This document shows positions 42,579 through 53,891 of a stretch of 64,000 bases of DNA, one piece after another. The translations under genes were made by a program, and so were the position numbers. Origin of the DNA: Hallerella sp. (GTDB lineage Bacteria; Bacillota_I; Bacilli_A; RFN20; CAG-826); assembly GCA_963648925.1 (NCBI GenBank), contig CAVJFO010000015.1, positions 117,426 to 181,425 on the forward strand. Reading direction: 5' to 3'. The number at the start of each line of letters is the position of its first letter. The first letter of the stretch is position 1. The notes under the pieces are model-generated. The model saw only the letters and a program-made list of their open reading frames with translations, ran no database searches and was not told the DNA's origin.

Positions 42579-42998
42579 ATGCCTACAATTAATCAGCTTG
42601 TCCGTTCTGGTAGAAAGAGCAACGTTAAGAAATCTAAATCACCAGCTTTAGGAAAACGTTATAACTCCTTAACCAAAACGACAAAGAATCAACCAAGTGC
42701 TCAAAAACGTGGTGTTTGCACCCGTGTTGGCACAATGACTCCTAAGAAGCCAAACTCAGCTCTTAGAAAATACGCCCGTGTACGTCTCTCCAATGGTTAT
42801 GAAGTCACAGCCTATATCGGCGGTGAAGGACATAACTTACAAGAACACTCCACCGTTATGATTCGTGGTGGCCGTGTCAAAGACTTACCAGGTGTCCGTT
42901 ACCACATCATCCGTGGTACCCTTGACTGCGCCGGTATCGAAGCCCGTCGCCAAGGACGTTCCTTATATGGAACAAAGAAACCAGCTCCAGCTAAATAG
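42579..42998 (+). CDS. rpsL: 30S ribosomal protein S12
   Basis: Near-identical to the S12 family ([10 protein letters not shown]; [10 protein letters not shown]). Confidence 0.98.
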   Translation: MPTINQLVRSGRKSNVKKSKSPALGKRYNSLTKTTKNQPSAQKRGVCTRVGTMTPKKPNSALRKYARVRLSNGYEVTAYIGGEGHNLQEHSTVMIRGGRVKDLPGVRYHIIRGTLDCAGIEARRQGRSLYGTKKPAPAK

Positions 42999-43017
42999 TA
43001 GAAAGGATTAGAAAATT

Positions 43018-43488
43018 ATGTCACGTAAAGGAAAAACTGAAAAACGCGATGTCTTGCCAGATCCAATCTATAACAGCAAGCTCGTTACACGCTTAATCAA
43101 CCGCGTTATGTATGATGGCAAGAGAGGAACTGCTCAAACCATTATCTACAATTCCTTCAAGATCATTGAAGAAAAAACCCAAAAGCCAGCAATTGATGTC
43201 TTTGCAACCGCAATCAACAACATCATGCCAGAAGTCGAACTCAAGGTTCGTCGTATTGGCGCTGCAAACTATCAAGTACCAGTCGAAGTTAGCCCAGAAA
43301 GAAAACAAACTCTCGGTCTTCGTTGGTTAGTCACCTATTCCCGTCTTCGCAATGAAAAGACAATGGAACAAAAATTAGCAGGCGAAATCATTGATGCCGC
43401 TAATGGAAGTGGCGCTTCCGTCAAGAAGAAGGAAGATGTCCATAAGATGGCTGAAGCCAACAAGGCTTATGCACATTACCGCTGGTAA
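43018..43488 (+). CDS. rpsG: 30S ribosomal protein S7
   Basis: S7 family. Conserved position. Confidence 0.97.
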   Translation: MSRKGKTEKRDVLPDPIYNSKLVTRLINRVMYDGKRGTAQTIIYNSFKIIEEKTQKPAIDVFATAINNIMPEVELKVRRIGAANYQVPVEVSPERKQTLGLRWLVTYSRLRNEKTMEQKLAGEIIDAANGSGASVKKKEDVHKMAEANKAYAHYRW

Positions 43489-43504
43489 TTGAAGGAGAAT
43501 ACCC

Positions 43505-45604
43505 ATGGCAGATGAAAATATGATCAATGAGAGCTCGACCTACGATCTCCCACACACCCGCAACATTGGTATTATGGCTCACATCGATGCTGGTAAAACC
43601 ACAACGACTGAGCGTATCCTCTATTACACTGGACGTACCCACAAAATCGGCGAAGTTCACGAAGGAACTGCCACCATGGACTGGATGGTCCAAGAACAAG
43701 AGCGTGGTGTTACAATCACCGCCTCAGCAACAACCGCCTTCTGGAAAGGCCACCGTATCAACATCATCGATACCCCAGGGCACGTTGACTTCACTGTTGA
43801 AGTTGAACGTTCTCTCCGTGTTCTCGATGGCGCTGTCACAGTCCTCGACTCCAAAAACGGCGTTGAGCCACAAACAGAAACAGTTTGGAGACAAGCTGAT
43901 AAATATGGCGTCCCAAGAATCGTCTTCTGCAACAAGATGGACGCTATCGGTGCCGACTTCTATATGTGCTTAGACACATTAAAGGAAAGACTTGGCGTTA
44001 AGTATGCCGCTTTCCAACTTCCTATTGGCAAAGAAAGCCAATTCAAAGGTGAAGTTGACCTCGTTACAATGACTGCTTGGATCTTTGGCGATAACAAAGA
44101 CGATGTCCCACAACATATCGACATCCCAGAAGATCTCAAAGACAAAGCAGCCGAATACCATCAAAAACTCATCGAAGCCCTTGCTGACTACGATGAAGAC
44201 TTAATGATGATGGTCTTAGACGGACAAGAGCCAACCGTTGATATGATTAAAAACGCTGCTCGTAAAGCTGTCTTAACATCTAAATTCTTCCCAGTTTTCT
44301 GTGGAACCGCCTTCAAGAACAAAGGTGTTCAACTCCTTCTTGATGCCGTTCTCGATTATCTCCCATCCCCACTTGATATCCCAGGTGAAAAGGGAACACG
44401 CAATGGCGAAGAATACGTTTGCAAAGTTACCGATGATGCACCATTTGTCGGTCTTGCCTTCAAGATTGCCACCGACCCATTCGTTGGCCGTCTTGCCTAT
44501 GTCCGTGTTTATCAAGGTGTTTTAAAGAGCGGAACTTATGTTCTTAACTCCACAAACGGCAAACAAGAACGTATTGCCCGTTTAGTCTTGATGCACGCTA
44601 ATCACCGCCAAGAAGTCGATTGCTTACACGCTGGTGAAATCGGCGCAGTTGTCGGCTTAAAGAACACCACAACCGGTGATACCTTATCTGATCCATCAGA
44701 AGATGTCGTTCTCGAATCACTCGAATTCCCAGAGCCAGTTTTGGAACAAGCAGTTGAACCAAAGACAAAAGCTGACTTAGAGAAGATGAATAACGCCATC
44801 CAAAAACTCGCTGAAGAAGATCCTACATTCAAAGCTCATACAAACACTGAAACTGGCCAAACAATCATTGGCGGTGTCGGTGAATTACAACTCGATATCA
44901 TCGTCGACCGTATGAGAAGAGAATTCGGCGTTGAAGTTAACGTTGGTAGACCTCAAGTCAACTATCGTGAAACAATCCGCAAAACCGGCGAAGCACAAGG
45001 ACGTTATGTCAAACAATCCGGTGGTCACGGTCAATACGGTGACGTATGGATCCGCTTTGAACCAAACCCAGGAAAAGGATTTGAATTCGTTGACGCTATC
45101 GTTGGTGGTGCAGTTCCAAAAGAATTTATCAAACCAACACAACAAGGTCTTGAAGACGCTATGACTCGTGGTCTTGTCGCTGGCTATCCAGCAATCGATA
45201 TCAAAGCAACCTTATTTGATGGTTCCTACCACGATGTCGACTCTTCCGAAGCCGCTTATAAGATCGCCGCTTCCATGGCTCTTAAAGCAGCAGCCACCAA
45301 GTGTGACCCAGTCATCCTTGAACCTGTTATGAAAGTCGAAATCACCGTTCCAGAGAAGTACTATGGTGACGTCATTGGTGATGTTACCCGTAGACGTGGC
45401 GAAATCACAGGCGAAATCCAACGCGGAAACGCAAAAGAAATCGACTGCTTCGTCCCACTTGCTGAAATGTTCGGCTACGTTACTGATCTTCGCTCTATGA
45501 CACAAGGTCGTGGTAACTTCATGATGGCCTTTGACCACTATGGAGAATGCCCACGTTATGTCCAAGATCAGATTATTGCTAATAGCAATATGTCAAATCG
45601 TTAA
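43505..45604 (+). CDS. fusA: Elongation factor G
   Basis: GTPase G1-G5 motifs ([17 protein letters not shown]) and EF-G domains II-V. Confidence 0.98.
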   Translation: MADENMINESSTYDLPHTRNIGIMAHIDAGKTTTTERILYYTGRTHKIGEVHEGTATMDWMVQEQERGVTITASATTAFWKGHRINIIDTPGHVDFTVEVERSLRVLDGAVTVLDSKNGVEPQTETVWRQADKYGVPRIVFCNKMDAIGADFYMCLDTLKERLGVKYAAFQLPIGKESQFKGEVDLVTMTAWIFGDNKDDVPQHIDIPEDLKDKAAEYHQKLIEALADYDEDLMMMVLDGQEPTVDMIKNAARKAVLTSKFFPVFCGTAFKNKGVQLLLDAVLDYLPSPLDIPGEKGTRNGEEYVCKVTDDAPFVGLAFKIATDPFVGRLAYVRVYQGVLKSGTYVLNSTNGKQERIARLVLMHANHRQEVDCLHAGEIGAVVGLKNTTTGDTLSDPSEDVVLESLEFPEPVLEQAVEPKTKADLEKMNNAIQKLAEEDPTFKAHTNTETGQTIIGGVGELQLDIIVDRMRREFGVEVNVGRPQVNYRETIRKTGEAQGRYVKQSGGHGQYGDVWIRFEPNPGKGFEFVDAIVGGAVPKEFIKPTQQGLEDAMTRGLVAGYPAIDIKATLFDGSYHDVDSSEAAYKIAASMALKAAATKCDPVILEPVMKVEITVPEKYYGDVIGDVTRRRGEITGEIQRGNAKEIDCFVPLAEMFGYVTDLRSMTQGRGNFMMAFDHYGECPRYVQDQIIANSNMSNR

Positions 45605-45680
45605 TTCTATTGATTAATTAATCAACGGGATTTAAAATAATTGAGCGTTTGTTTAAACCATTATTGGAGGAATAAAAACA

Positions 45681-46898
45681 ATGGCAAAAGAGAAATTCAA
45701 CCGTGACCGCACCCACGTTAACGTTGGTACAATCGGCCACATCGACCATGGTAAGACAACCTTATCAGCCGCAATCATGCACGTTCTTAGCTTAGTTGGT
45801 AAAGAAACCAACGGTGTCGAAGGAAACGCAAAAGACGTCGGATACGCTGGTATTGACTCTACACCAGAAGAAAGAGCTCGTGGTATCACCATCAACTCTG
45901 CTCACGAAGAATACGAAACAAAAACCCGTCACTATGCCCACGTTGACTGCCCAGGGCACGCTGACTACATCAAGAACATGATCACCGGTGCAGCTCAAAT
46001 GGATGCTGCTATCCTTGTCGTTGCTGCAACTGATGGCGTCATGCCACAAACCCGTGAACACGTCCTTCTTGCTCGTCAAGTCGGTGTTCCAGCAATCATC
46101 GTCTTCCTTAACAAGTGCGATATGGTCGACGATCCAGAATTAGTCGACTTAGTCGAAATGGACGTCCGTGACCTTCTCACTTCCTATGGATTCCCAGGAG
46201 ACACTCTCCCAGTTATCCGTGGTTCCGCTTTGAAAGCCGGACAAGTCGCTTCCAGCAAAGATGCTGATGCCGCTTGCGTCCTCGAATTACTCAAAGCTCT
46301 TGACACATACATCCCAGATCCAGTCCGTTCTGATGATAAGCCATTCTTAATGCCTATCGAAGACGTTATGACAATCTCTGGCCGTGGCACAGTCGTTACT
46401 GGCCGTGTCGAACGTGGTGTTGCCAAGATGAACGACGAAGCTGAAATCGTCGGTATCCGTCCAACAATCAAGACAGTCATCACTGGTCTTGAAATGTTCC
46501 GTAAGACCCTTGACTTTGTTGAGTCTGGCGATAACGCCGGTGTTCTTCTCCGTGGTGTTACCCGTGACCAAGTCGAACGTGGCCAAGTCCTTGCTAAGCC
46601 AGGATCCATCGTTCCACACGACAAATTCACTGCTACAGTCTACGTCCTTACAAAAGAAGAAGGCGGCCGTCACACTGGCTTCTTAAAAGGCTATCGTCCA
46701 CAATTCTTCTTCCGTACAACCGATATCACCGGTACAATCGACCTCCCAGCCGATGTCGAAATGGTTATGCCTGGTGATCACGTTACCTTCACAGTTAGCT
46801 TAATCCACCCAGTTGCTCTTGAAGCTGGTACTAAGTTCTCCATCCGTGAAGGCGGCAAAACCGTTGGTTCCGGACAAGTCGTTGACATCCTTCACTAA
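45681..46898 (+). CDS. tuf: Elongation factor Tu
   Basis: Motifs [17 protein letters not shown] and NKCD. Full-length EF-Tu. Confidence 0.98.
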   Translation: MAKEKFNRDRTHVNVGTIGHIDHGKTTLSAAIMHVLSLVGKETNGVEGNAKDVGYAGIDSTPEERARGITINSAHEEYETKTRHYAHVDCPGHADYIKNMITGAAQMDAAILVVAATDGVMPQTREHVLLARQVGVPAIIVFLNKCDMVDDPELVDLVEMDVRDLLTSYGFPGDTLPVIRGSALKAGQVASSKDADAACVLELLKALDTYIPDPVRSDDKPFLMPIEDVMTISGRGTVVTGRVERGVAKMNDEAEIVGIRPTIKTVITGLEMFRKTLDFVESGDNAGVLLRGVTRDQVERGQVLAKPGSIVPHDKFTATVYVLTKEEGGRHTGFLKGYRPQFFFRTTDITGTIDLPADVEMVMPGDHVTFTVSLIHPVALEAGTKFSIREGGKTVGSGQVVDILH

Positions 46899-46928
46899 TT
46901 TCAATTAGTTAGGTATCTAGCGAAATCT

Positions 46929-46957
46929 AGCCCTTGCGTTTGCAGGGGCTTTTTTTG
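46929..46957 (+). terminator. Rho-independent terminator after tuf
   Basis: 9-bp stem AGCCCTTGC/GCAGGGGCT with loop GTTT, followed by a T7 run. Confidence 0.75.
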
Positions 46958-47043
46958 TTTCCTGCAAATTAAATATTGCTAACACGGAAATTTCTAACTA
47001 AAACAAGCATTTATCAAACTAAAAAATAAATAAAAATAGTAAT

Positions 47044-47078
47044 TGACAATATAGTTAGTTAAGACTAATATATAACTA
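47044..47078 (+). promoter_or_regulatory. Promoter TTGACA-17-TAATAT
   Basis: Consensus -35. A GGAGGGG RBS sits 5 nt before ATG 47107. Confidence 0.55.
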
Positions 47079-47106
47079 CCAAGAAGATTAACTTGGAGGG
47101 GATATT

Positions 47107-48486
47107 ATGATCGATATATTGTTGTTGCCGTTCATGTGCTTTTCTATTTCTAATCCGCGTATTGCGAGTGTAGAAGTAGATAAAACGCCTATTCGTTTTA
47201 ATGCCATTGTTTCAACAACTGGGGACAAATTATATATGGATGGCGATTATAAAAAGACGTACGGTGAGAAGAAGATGAAACTACCATCTTATAAAAGCGA
47301 ATACACAGAAAAAGTTGCTGGAAACAAAACTTATCTAAATGCTGAGAAGATGGAATTACCTACTGGAAATTTAAGATTTTACAATCGCTCATTGGACATT
47401 AACGGATCGTTTTCTAGAGCTAATGCTGCTGATGTGTATTATGTGAATCTTGATGATCGCATGATCACTGAATTTCGGTTTGTTACGGAAGACGCAAATG
47501 TTACCGCATACGTTTCAGATGAGAACAGGACAAAACTATTTGATGTTTTTCAAAAGGACGAATCTGAAGGGTTGCCTAGTGGTTTACTAACAAAGGGCGC
47601 TTATTATTTAACAGTTAAGACTAATGGCCAAAAGGACACTAATTACAAAATAAACATGTTTGCCTCATATGCCGATTCAAAAGAAAAAGTTACGATAGAT
47701 GAGGAATTCATGAATAAATATACCGCTCTTGTTTGGGAATCCGATTATGTTCCTGGCGCGGTTGATCCAATTGACGGAACGATTATAAGGCGAGACTTCA
47801 AACCAGGAAGAAGAAGTCCTTGGACTCATACAGGAAGATTCGTTTCGGGAGAATTAAACAAACCATATCTTTATAGATCTGTTTATATTTGGACAAATGA
47901 GGCATTTGAAGATTTGCACAACGACATAGAAGTTTATAAAGCTAAACTATTGGAAGTATCGAGCAAAGCTAATGATATAGTTGCTAAATGGAGTACAACC
48001 TCGAGCGTGACTGGGGCAGCTGGCTTCTTCGTAACATTTTTACCTGTTGTAGGCGGAGTTTTAGGGACGGCCCTTGGCGGAGTAAGCTTAGCGACTTCAA
48101 TAATCGCCGCCTGTTTAGGAAGTTCAAGCGAAATTAACGCCGATTTAGCAATAAGACAGTGTGAAAGATTTCTTGGAGCCTTGGATGCGGCAAGCACGGG
48201 AACGATAATTTCGTTTAAAGAATGCGTTACTGTAAAATCTTATAAAAATGATAGTAAATACACTAAACGCCATTACCAAAAAATAAGATTTCAATCGTAT
48301 TTAGATTTCTCGAGTGGCGATACGTATGATATCACTGAGAAAAAAGCTGGCAAAGGCGACTATCCATCCTACGACGCCCATCTTCGTCATGGCGCAAAGA
48401 ATCAAATAATTAGCGATTGCCAAGGGACTTTCACGGCATACGAGAGCTACAAAGACATCAAACCCTTGACGTCTTTAGAGGATTGA
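47107..48486 (+). CDS. Hypothetical protein: PPC-like beta-sandwich domain plus a helix / Gly-Ala-rich hydrophobic hairpin / helix module (candidate membrane-active toxin)
   Basis: Residues ~100-190 fit the pre-peptidase C-terminal (PPC) pattern (YYVNLDD...GAYYLTVKTNGQKDTNYKINMF). Residues ~300-340 read VTGAAGFFVTFLPVVGGVLGTALGGVSLATSIIAACLG and are flanked by predicted helices. No classical signal peptide. Confidence 0.5.
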   Translation: MIDILLLPFMCFSISNPRIASVEVDKTPIRFNAIVSTTGDKLYMDGDYKKTYGEKKMKLPSYKSEYTEKVAGNKTYLNAEKMELPTGNLRFYNRSLDINGSFSRANAADVYYVNLDDRMITEFRFVTEDANVTAYVSDENRTKLFDVFQKDESEGLPSGLLTKGAYYLTVKTNGQKDTNYKINMFASYADSKEKVTIDEEFMNKYTALVWESDYVPGAVDPIDGTIIRRDFKPGRRSPWTHTGRFVSGELNKPYLYRSVYIWTNEAFEDLHNDIEVYKAKLLEVSSKANDIVAKWSTTSSVTGAAGFFVTFLPVVGGVLGTALGGVSLATSIIAACLGSSSEINADLAIRQCERFLGALDAASTGTIISFKECVTVKSYKNDSKYTKRHYQKIRFQSYLDFSSGDTYDITEKKAGKGDYPSYDAHLRHGAKNQIISDCQGTFTAYESYKDIKPLTSLED

Positions 48487-48490
48487 TAAT

Positions 48491-49129
48491 ATGAATAAAA
48501 ACAAAAACGTACTTACATTTCTTTGCCTCTTTCCATTATTTTTAACCTCTTGCAACAAGCAAAACACGATTCAGGAGGAGATGGAGACTCTAGAGAACAA
48601 TGGCTGCTTTTTATTGAACAAAACTTATGAACGTATCTTTAAAGGCTTTTATGGCACAGAATGCAAAGGAGAGTTCTTTGACATATATTCGAAAGAACTT
48701 AAAAATACTGGCGAATTTGAATATTTAAAAACCATTTCAAAAACGGATGTATATACAGCGGGCATATTCAACGGTCAGCAAACTAGATTTTATTTTCGCG
48801 ATGGAATAAATGTCGGCTTTAGCACGAGGGACCCCCAATTTGGACAATCCCTTTTCGGTTGCACAATAGGAAGCCCAACCCGCGATTATCTTAATGATGG
48901 TTGGAATAATTCTCTAATCGCGAAATTTAATGAACGTGGTTGGACTTGTACATATGAAAGAGATGAGGAAGAACGTTCAGAACTTTCCGTGTTTGACCTA
49001 GATGAACCCATTAGCCTAGTCCATAGATATATGAAATATAAAGACAAATTGCATGTCAATTTCGGATTCGAAAATAAGTATTCGTTAAATTGGAACATGA
49101 TGTCTTTGGAAATCTACCTAGATGAATGA
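48491..49129 (+). CDS. Hypothetical lipoprotein, paralogue A (immunity-like)
   Basis: Lipobox LTSC. About 55% identical to the next gene. Lies 4 nt after the upstream CDS. Confidence 0.65.
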   Translation: MNKNKNVLTFLCLFPLFLTSCNKQNTIQEEMETLENNGCFLLNKTYERIFKGFYGTECKGEFFDIYSKELKNTGEFEYLKTISKTDVYTAGIFNGQQTRFYFRDGINVGFSTRDPQFGQSLFGCTIGSPTRDYLNDGWNNSLIAKFNERGWTCTYERDEEERSELSVFDLDEPISLVHRYMKYKDKLHVNFGFENKYSLNWNMMSLEIYLDE

Positions 49130-49162
49130 ACTCAACATCATCATAATTGGAGGACTGAAAAT

Positions 49163-49789
49163 ATGAATAAAAACAAAAGTGTGCTTGCGTTCCTTTGCGC
49201 TATTCCGTTGCTAGCAACTTCATGCAACAAGCAAAACACAATCCAAGAGGAGATGACTGTTTTAGAGAACAATGGTTGCTTTTTATTGAACAAAACTTTT
49301 CAAGAGATCTATGACAAGATAGGCTTTCACGATTTTTATGATATTTATTCTGGCGAACCAAAATTCACAGGTAAATTTCAATATTCTAAGACTATTGGTA
49401 AAACTGACGTCTATACGGCTGGAACATTCAATGGTCAGGAAACGAAACTCTATTTCCGCGATGGCATAAATGTCGGATTTAGCACGAGGGACCCGCAATT
49501 TGGCTTATCGCTTTTTGGCAGAACAATAGGAAGTCCAACGCATGGTTATATTAACAATTGGTGGGATAATTCAGTAGTTGCTAAATTTCACGACCGTGGG
49601 TGGGTATATGATTATGATAGGTTAGAGGAAGAATATTCGGAACTTTCCGTGTTTGATATAAATCCACCTGAATATACCGTTCCTAGATATATGTATTATC
49701 AAGAAAAACTCCATGTTAATTACGGCATGAAACCTTTAGAATCGCTATGTTGGAATATGGTGTCTTTAGAAGTGTATCTTGATGAATAA
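49163..49789 (+). CDS. Hypothetical lipoprotein, paralogue B (tandem duplicate)
   Basis: Lipobox ATSC. Long stretches of near-identical DNA with paralogue A (for example the FRDGINVGFSTRDPQFG region). Confidence 0.65.
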   Translation: MNKNKSVLAFLCAIPLLATSCNKQNTIQEEMTVLENNGCFLLNKTFQEIYDKIGFHDFYDIYSGEPKFTGKFQYSKTIGKTDVYTAGTFNGQETKLYFRDGINVGFSTRDPQFGLSLFGRTIGSPTHGYINNWWDNSVVAKFHDRGWVYDYDRLEEEYSELSVFDINPPEYTVPRYMYYQEKLHVNYGMKPLESLCWNMVSLEVYLDE

Positions 49790-49896
49790 AAAGTATCTTT
49801 GAAATAGAGGGCCGCTTAATCTTTAGAACGTAAGATTAGAAGAAAACCATTAAATATTTCTTTAATAATTTTTCTCTTTCACATATATTTAATGCC

Positions 49897-51186
49897 ATGG
49901 AAGAAAAAGATTTATTACAAATAGCGCCAGTCTCTAAAAGAGCTCTCTCTTTTATCATTGATTTCGTTCTGGCATTTTTACTTGGCATCATTGTCAATAG
50001 CACCCTCACAAGCACATATTTATTTAACGCTTTAGGAGGAGGAACCTTACAACAGGATTATTATTCTTTTGCCATTGATTCTGGACTTGTCAACTCAACG
50101 AAGAATGACGATGGAACAATTAAAACGATTTTCCTTTATTCTTATGCGCCTGACGGCAAGGAAAATACGACATTACAATATGTTGCAACCCCTAATGGTG
50201 AACTCGGTTATGAGGCGTATCTTGATATCGTTTGGGATTATTACACGAATTTCTATCCAAATGATTCAAGAATGATTCAACCTGAAGAATATGTTTATAG
50301 CAAAGAAGCCTTAGATTCTTATAAAACCTACGTTTACAAAGATATATTCCTTTTACCAAATCCTGGTAGCGTGGAAGGAAAAAGCGATGCTACATTGTAT
50401 TCAAGTGACGAGAATCAAATCTATTTCCAATATGATGTTAATGAAGACGGAACGCCTAATTTAAGCGTTAAGCCAACTCTTAGAGAGAATATCAAAAAAG
50501 ACCTTGAAGATGATATAAAAAGAAGCGATACATTGAAAAACCTTCGCGATTATTTCCTTGGAATAACGGAGTCATCATCCTCTCTTTCAATCGCCGGAAC
50601 TGGCATTTATTATCAAGCTGCCTTACATATGGAAGGGCAATCTGGCTCTAACCAAACATATTTCTCTAACATTTACACAAAAGTTAGCTGGATTAGCTGG
50701 GAATGCTCTCTTGTCGCATTATTACCATTCTATTTAATCATTTTCTATCTCGTTCCTGTCTTTGATAAAAAAGGCAGAACACTTGGCAAATGGGCTCTTG
50801 GAGTTGTCGTTATCAATAAAGATGGCACATATATGAAACTCTATCAAAGATTGCTTAGGCCTTTATATATGGTTGTCCTTTGCTCATTGACCTTAATTCC
50901 AAATAACGCCATATCTTTCTTAGCCTTTGGCGCGGTCGCTTTACTTGATTTTGGCTTTGCCTCATTTGGAAAAACGAGCCAATCCTTACATGACAAGCTA
51001 TTTAGAACCCTTGTTGTAACAAGAAAGAAATCCACAATCTTCAAAACGGTTGAAGAAAAAGAAGAATACCTCAAAAAAGAAAACGAAAGAATCGAAGAAG
51101 AAAGATCTATCAAAGTCCCTTCAACAGGCAAAAACCTTGATTTAGGTTCTTTGATTGAAGAAGAAGCAAAAGAAAATAATAATTAA
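49897..51186 (+). CDS. RDD-family membrane protein with a ~210-aa ectodomain insertion (paralogue 1)
   Basis: TM1 motif RALSFIIDFV, GRTLGKWALGV and SLHDKLFRTLVV match RDD (PF06271) motifs. Charged C-terminal tail. Confidence 0.65.
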   Translation: MEEKDLLQIAPVSKRALSFIIDFVLAFLLGIIVNSTLTSTYLFNALGGGTLQQDYYSFAIDSGLVNSTKNDDGTIKTIFLYSYAPDGKENTTLQYVATPNGELGYEAYLDIVWDYYTNFYPNDSRMIQPEEYVYSKEALDSYKTYVYKDIFLLPNPGSVEGKSDATLYSSDENQIYFQYDVNEDGTPNLSVKPTLRENIKKDLEDDIKRSDTLKNLRDYFLGITESSSSLSIAGTGIYYQAALHMEGQSGSNQTYFSNIYTKVSWISWECSLVALLPFYLIIFYLVPVFDKKGRTLGKWALGVVVINKDGTYMKLYQRLLRPLYMVVLCSLTLIPNNAISFLAFGAVALLDFGFASFGKTSQSLHDKLFRTLVVTRKKSTIFKTVEEKEEYLKKENERIEEERSIKVPSTGKNLDLGSLIEEEAKENNN

Positions 51187-51416
51187 TCTAACTTTGTTTT
51201 TAGGATATAACAATCATTCTTGCGATCATAGGCAATGATATAAGGAGAATTAGTTTTCGAAAGAAAATCCCTTAAATCATTGATATATCGTTTAAATCTC
51301 AAATCATTTATTAAGAGTTCATCTAAAACATCTCGTTTGTAGATGACTCTTTTTTCTTCTAACTTGCTATAGAGATATAAGAGGCAGAATGTTTTTGAAA
51401 ATCCATTTTTTCTCAT
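51183..51416 (-). CDS. Small hypothetical protein (77 aa), doubtful
   Basis: ORF only. No RBS and no family recognised. It lies in a 490-nt gap convergent with the upstream RDD gene. Confidence 0.2.
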   Translation of the reverse strand: MRKNGFSKTFCLLYLYSKLEEKRVIYKRDVLDELLINDLRFKRYINDLRDFLSKTNSPYIIAYDRKNDCYILKTKLD

Positions 51417-51675
51417 ATTTATTTGATTTTATATTTTTCTTCAACAAATAAAAACTGAATTCGTTTTGTTACTGGCGAATTGCTTAATTTTTACAATCGA
51501 GAGTTTTTTGATATTTCATAATCAGGAAAATTGACTATAATAATATTCGGAAGGACACCTTCCATAACATAGCAACGACACCCCCGTTCCTTTAGGAATG
51601 AAAAATTAAAAACGTTTTGTTTCTTTTTGTTTACCGGCGGTGTTTTTCTTTTTGTTGAATAGAAAGGTAATTTTA

Positions 51676-53811
51676 ATGAAAACAAAAAAATTGTGTTTGC
51701 TAGCCTTAGGCAGCATCTTCATGTTGGCAGGTTGCGGTGAAACCAATTCTAGCGAAAGTAACGCTAAAGAAGAAAGTTCATCCGTAAGTCAAAGCCAAGA
51801 TGAAATCTCATCAAGCGAATCTTCCTCCGAGTCTTCTAACGAAAGCTCATCCTCATCTTCATCCTACGATTTCGATTATGAATTAACGACTGTTGCTGAA
51901 GCTATTGAAATTGCTAACCAACACCAAACTGCTACGACAGAACGTTATTACATTTTTGGAACCATCACCGAGATTAGCGATGCAACCTATGGTTCAATGA
52001 CAATCGAAGATGAAACTGGTTCGATTTACGCTTACGGAACATATTCCGCAGACGGAGTTGATCGTTATAGTGTTTTAGAGAACAAACCACAAGTTGGAGA
52101 TCAAGTTGTCTTATATTCAACGCTTGTAATGTATAATGGCACTCCAGAAATCAAATCTGGCTGGATTGTTTGGCAAAGCACTAAAGAAAAAGAATTCAAC
52201 GAAGACGACTATGCGGCAAAAACTATTGCTGAAGCTCGTGAAATGAGCGCTGGATCCTTGGTTAAAGTTAGTGGAGTTGTCGCTAGAATAACCTATGCAA
52301 ACGGCATGATTCCATCTGGATTCTACGTTATCGATAACACATCCTCCATTTACATTCATTCAACCCTTGCTGCTAAAGTAGAAGAAGGAAATAAGATCAC
52401 TGTTTGTGGATCTGTTGATTTCTGGATTCTTGAAAATGAAACAACTAGCGCTGGTAAAGTCGGTTACAAAGGCTCATGCCAATTAAGCGATATAACAATT
52501 ACCGCAAACGACAATTCAACAGAGAACACCTTTGATAAATCCTGGATAGAGGAAAGTACCGTTAAAAATATTGTGGATACCCCTGCAACGGAGAATATCA
52601 CCAACAAGATATTCAAGGTTAATTCCTATGTGAAGAAAGTAAGCGCCCCAGGCTTTGTTAATTACTATTTAGATGATATTGATGGAGTTACTGGCTCCTA
52701 CGTCTATACTCAATGCAATGGCAGCGACTTCTCCTGGCTTGATGAATTTGACGGAAAAATTTGCACAGTTTATTTAACCGCTATCAATGCTAAATGCACT
52801 GGCGCTGGCGCCATTTGGCGTTTCATGCCAATCGAGGTAATCGATGAAGAATATCAATTCGATACAAAAGACGTTAACGAATACGTTTGGACTTATCATC
52901 TTGATGGACTTTTCCGTGAATCATATACCGGTGACCCAAATCTTGAAGTCCCAACAAGCGTTTCCTCTGAACTTTTAGGATTTGAAAACGCCACAATTTC
53001 TTATTCTTCTTCAAATACCGATGTTGCATATTTTGAAACAACCGAAGAAAACACCATTTTCCACACAAAAGATAATGGCAAGGCCACAATCACCATTGAC
53101 ATTGATTATGGTACAAACGAAACTCTTACTAAAACCTTTGATGTTACAGTCGCAAAAACTTCATATGATGATGCATTAACCGTAAAAGAAGCGATTGATG
53201 CAGCAAACCAAGAAGAAGTAATCGTTAAAGGAATTGCCGGTCCTTCACTTGTTAACCAAGTCGGATTCTACTTAATTGATGAGACTGGCGTTATTGCCGT
53301 TAAGACTACCTCAGAAGCAATGGCAGAAATCTCTTTAGGAAACGAAGTCGTCTTTAAAGGCACTAAAACTATTGGCTACGGAACAGTCGAAGGTTCTGAA
53401 ATTGCCGGAGAATCCTGTATTTTAGATTCAACTCTCGTTACCAACTTATATGGCAAACACGACTATTCAAGAGATACCTTCATCACAGATAAAACTCTTG
53501 CTGACGTTTACGCTTTAGATTATAAAGTTGATCACTCAACGGAAGTCTATACTGTTAAAGGCAAGATCAGCAAGACCGAAACTTCCTACTACACAACTAT
53601 TGCCATAGTTGATGGAGATACGAAACTTTCGCTTTATTGCTCTAGCGCAAATCAATATAACTGGTTAGCAAATGCCTTTGACGCGGATACTGAAGTTACC
53701 CTTGATATTGCTCCATGTAACTGGAACAAGAAAAAATACTGGGCTGGTTGCGTACTCTCTGCAACTGATGGAACCACTAGAGTTGATAACACCTTGAATT
53801 ACAGCAAATAA
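51676..53811 (+). CDS. Surface lipoprotein with a Ser-rich linker, at least three OB-fold-like repeats and a Big_2-like Ig domain (putative nucleic-acid binding)
   Basis: Lipobox LAGC. Repeats of the pattern 'TV.EA....g..v.v.G.i..i.....f.i.D.TG.I.vy'. Big_2-like segment ATISYSSSNTDVAYFE...ATITIDIDYG. Confidence 0.6.
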   Translation: MKTKKLCLLALGSIFMLAGCGETNSSESNAKEESSSVSQSQDEISSSESSSESSNESSSSSSSYDFDYELTTVAEAIEIANQHQTATTERYYIFGTITEISDATYGSMTIEDETGSIYAYGTYSADGVDRYSVLENKPQVGDQVVLYSTLVMYNGTPEIKSGWIVWQSTKEKEFNEDDYAAKTIAEAREMSAGSLVKVSGVVARITYANGMIPSGFYVIDNTSSIYIHSTLAAKVEEGNKITVCGSVDFWILENETTSAGKVGYKGSCQLSDITITANDNSTENTFDKSWIEESTVKNIVDTPATENITNKIFKVNSYVKKVSAPGFVNYYLDDIDGVTGSYVYTQCNGSDFSWLDEFDGKICTVYLTAINAKCTGAGAIWRFMPIEVIDEEYQFDTKDVNEYVWTYHLDGLFRESYTGDPNLEVPTSVSSELLGFENATISYSSSNTDVAYFETTEENTIFHTKDNGKATITIDIDYGTNETLTKTFDVTVAKTSYDDALTVKEAIDAANQEEVIVKGIAGPSLVNQVGFYLIDETGVIAVKTTSEAMAEISLGNEVVFKGTKTIGYGTVEGSEIAGESCILDSTLVTNLYGKHDYSRDTFITDKTLADVYALDYKVDHSTEVYTVKGKISKTETSYYTTIAIVDGDTKLSLYCSSANQYNWLANAFDADTEVTLDIAPCNWNKKKYWAGCVLSATDGTTRVDNTLNYSK

Positions 53812-53828
53812 TTAACAACAAAGAATGA

Positions 53829-53856
53829 CGGAGTCAGAAATGATTCCGTTTTTTCT
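53829..53856 (+). terminator. Rho-independent terminator
   Basis: Stem ACGGAGTC/GATTCCGT followed by a T6 run. Confidence 0.5.
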
Positions 53857-53891
53857 TTTGAGCGCCATTCTTTTTATTTATAATAAAAATC

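Noticed and set aside
51491-51685. 64-aa minus-strand ORF overlapping the start of the OB-fold lipoprotein
   Set aside because: It overlaps the promoter and start of a well-supported plus-strand gene and has no RBS.
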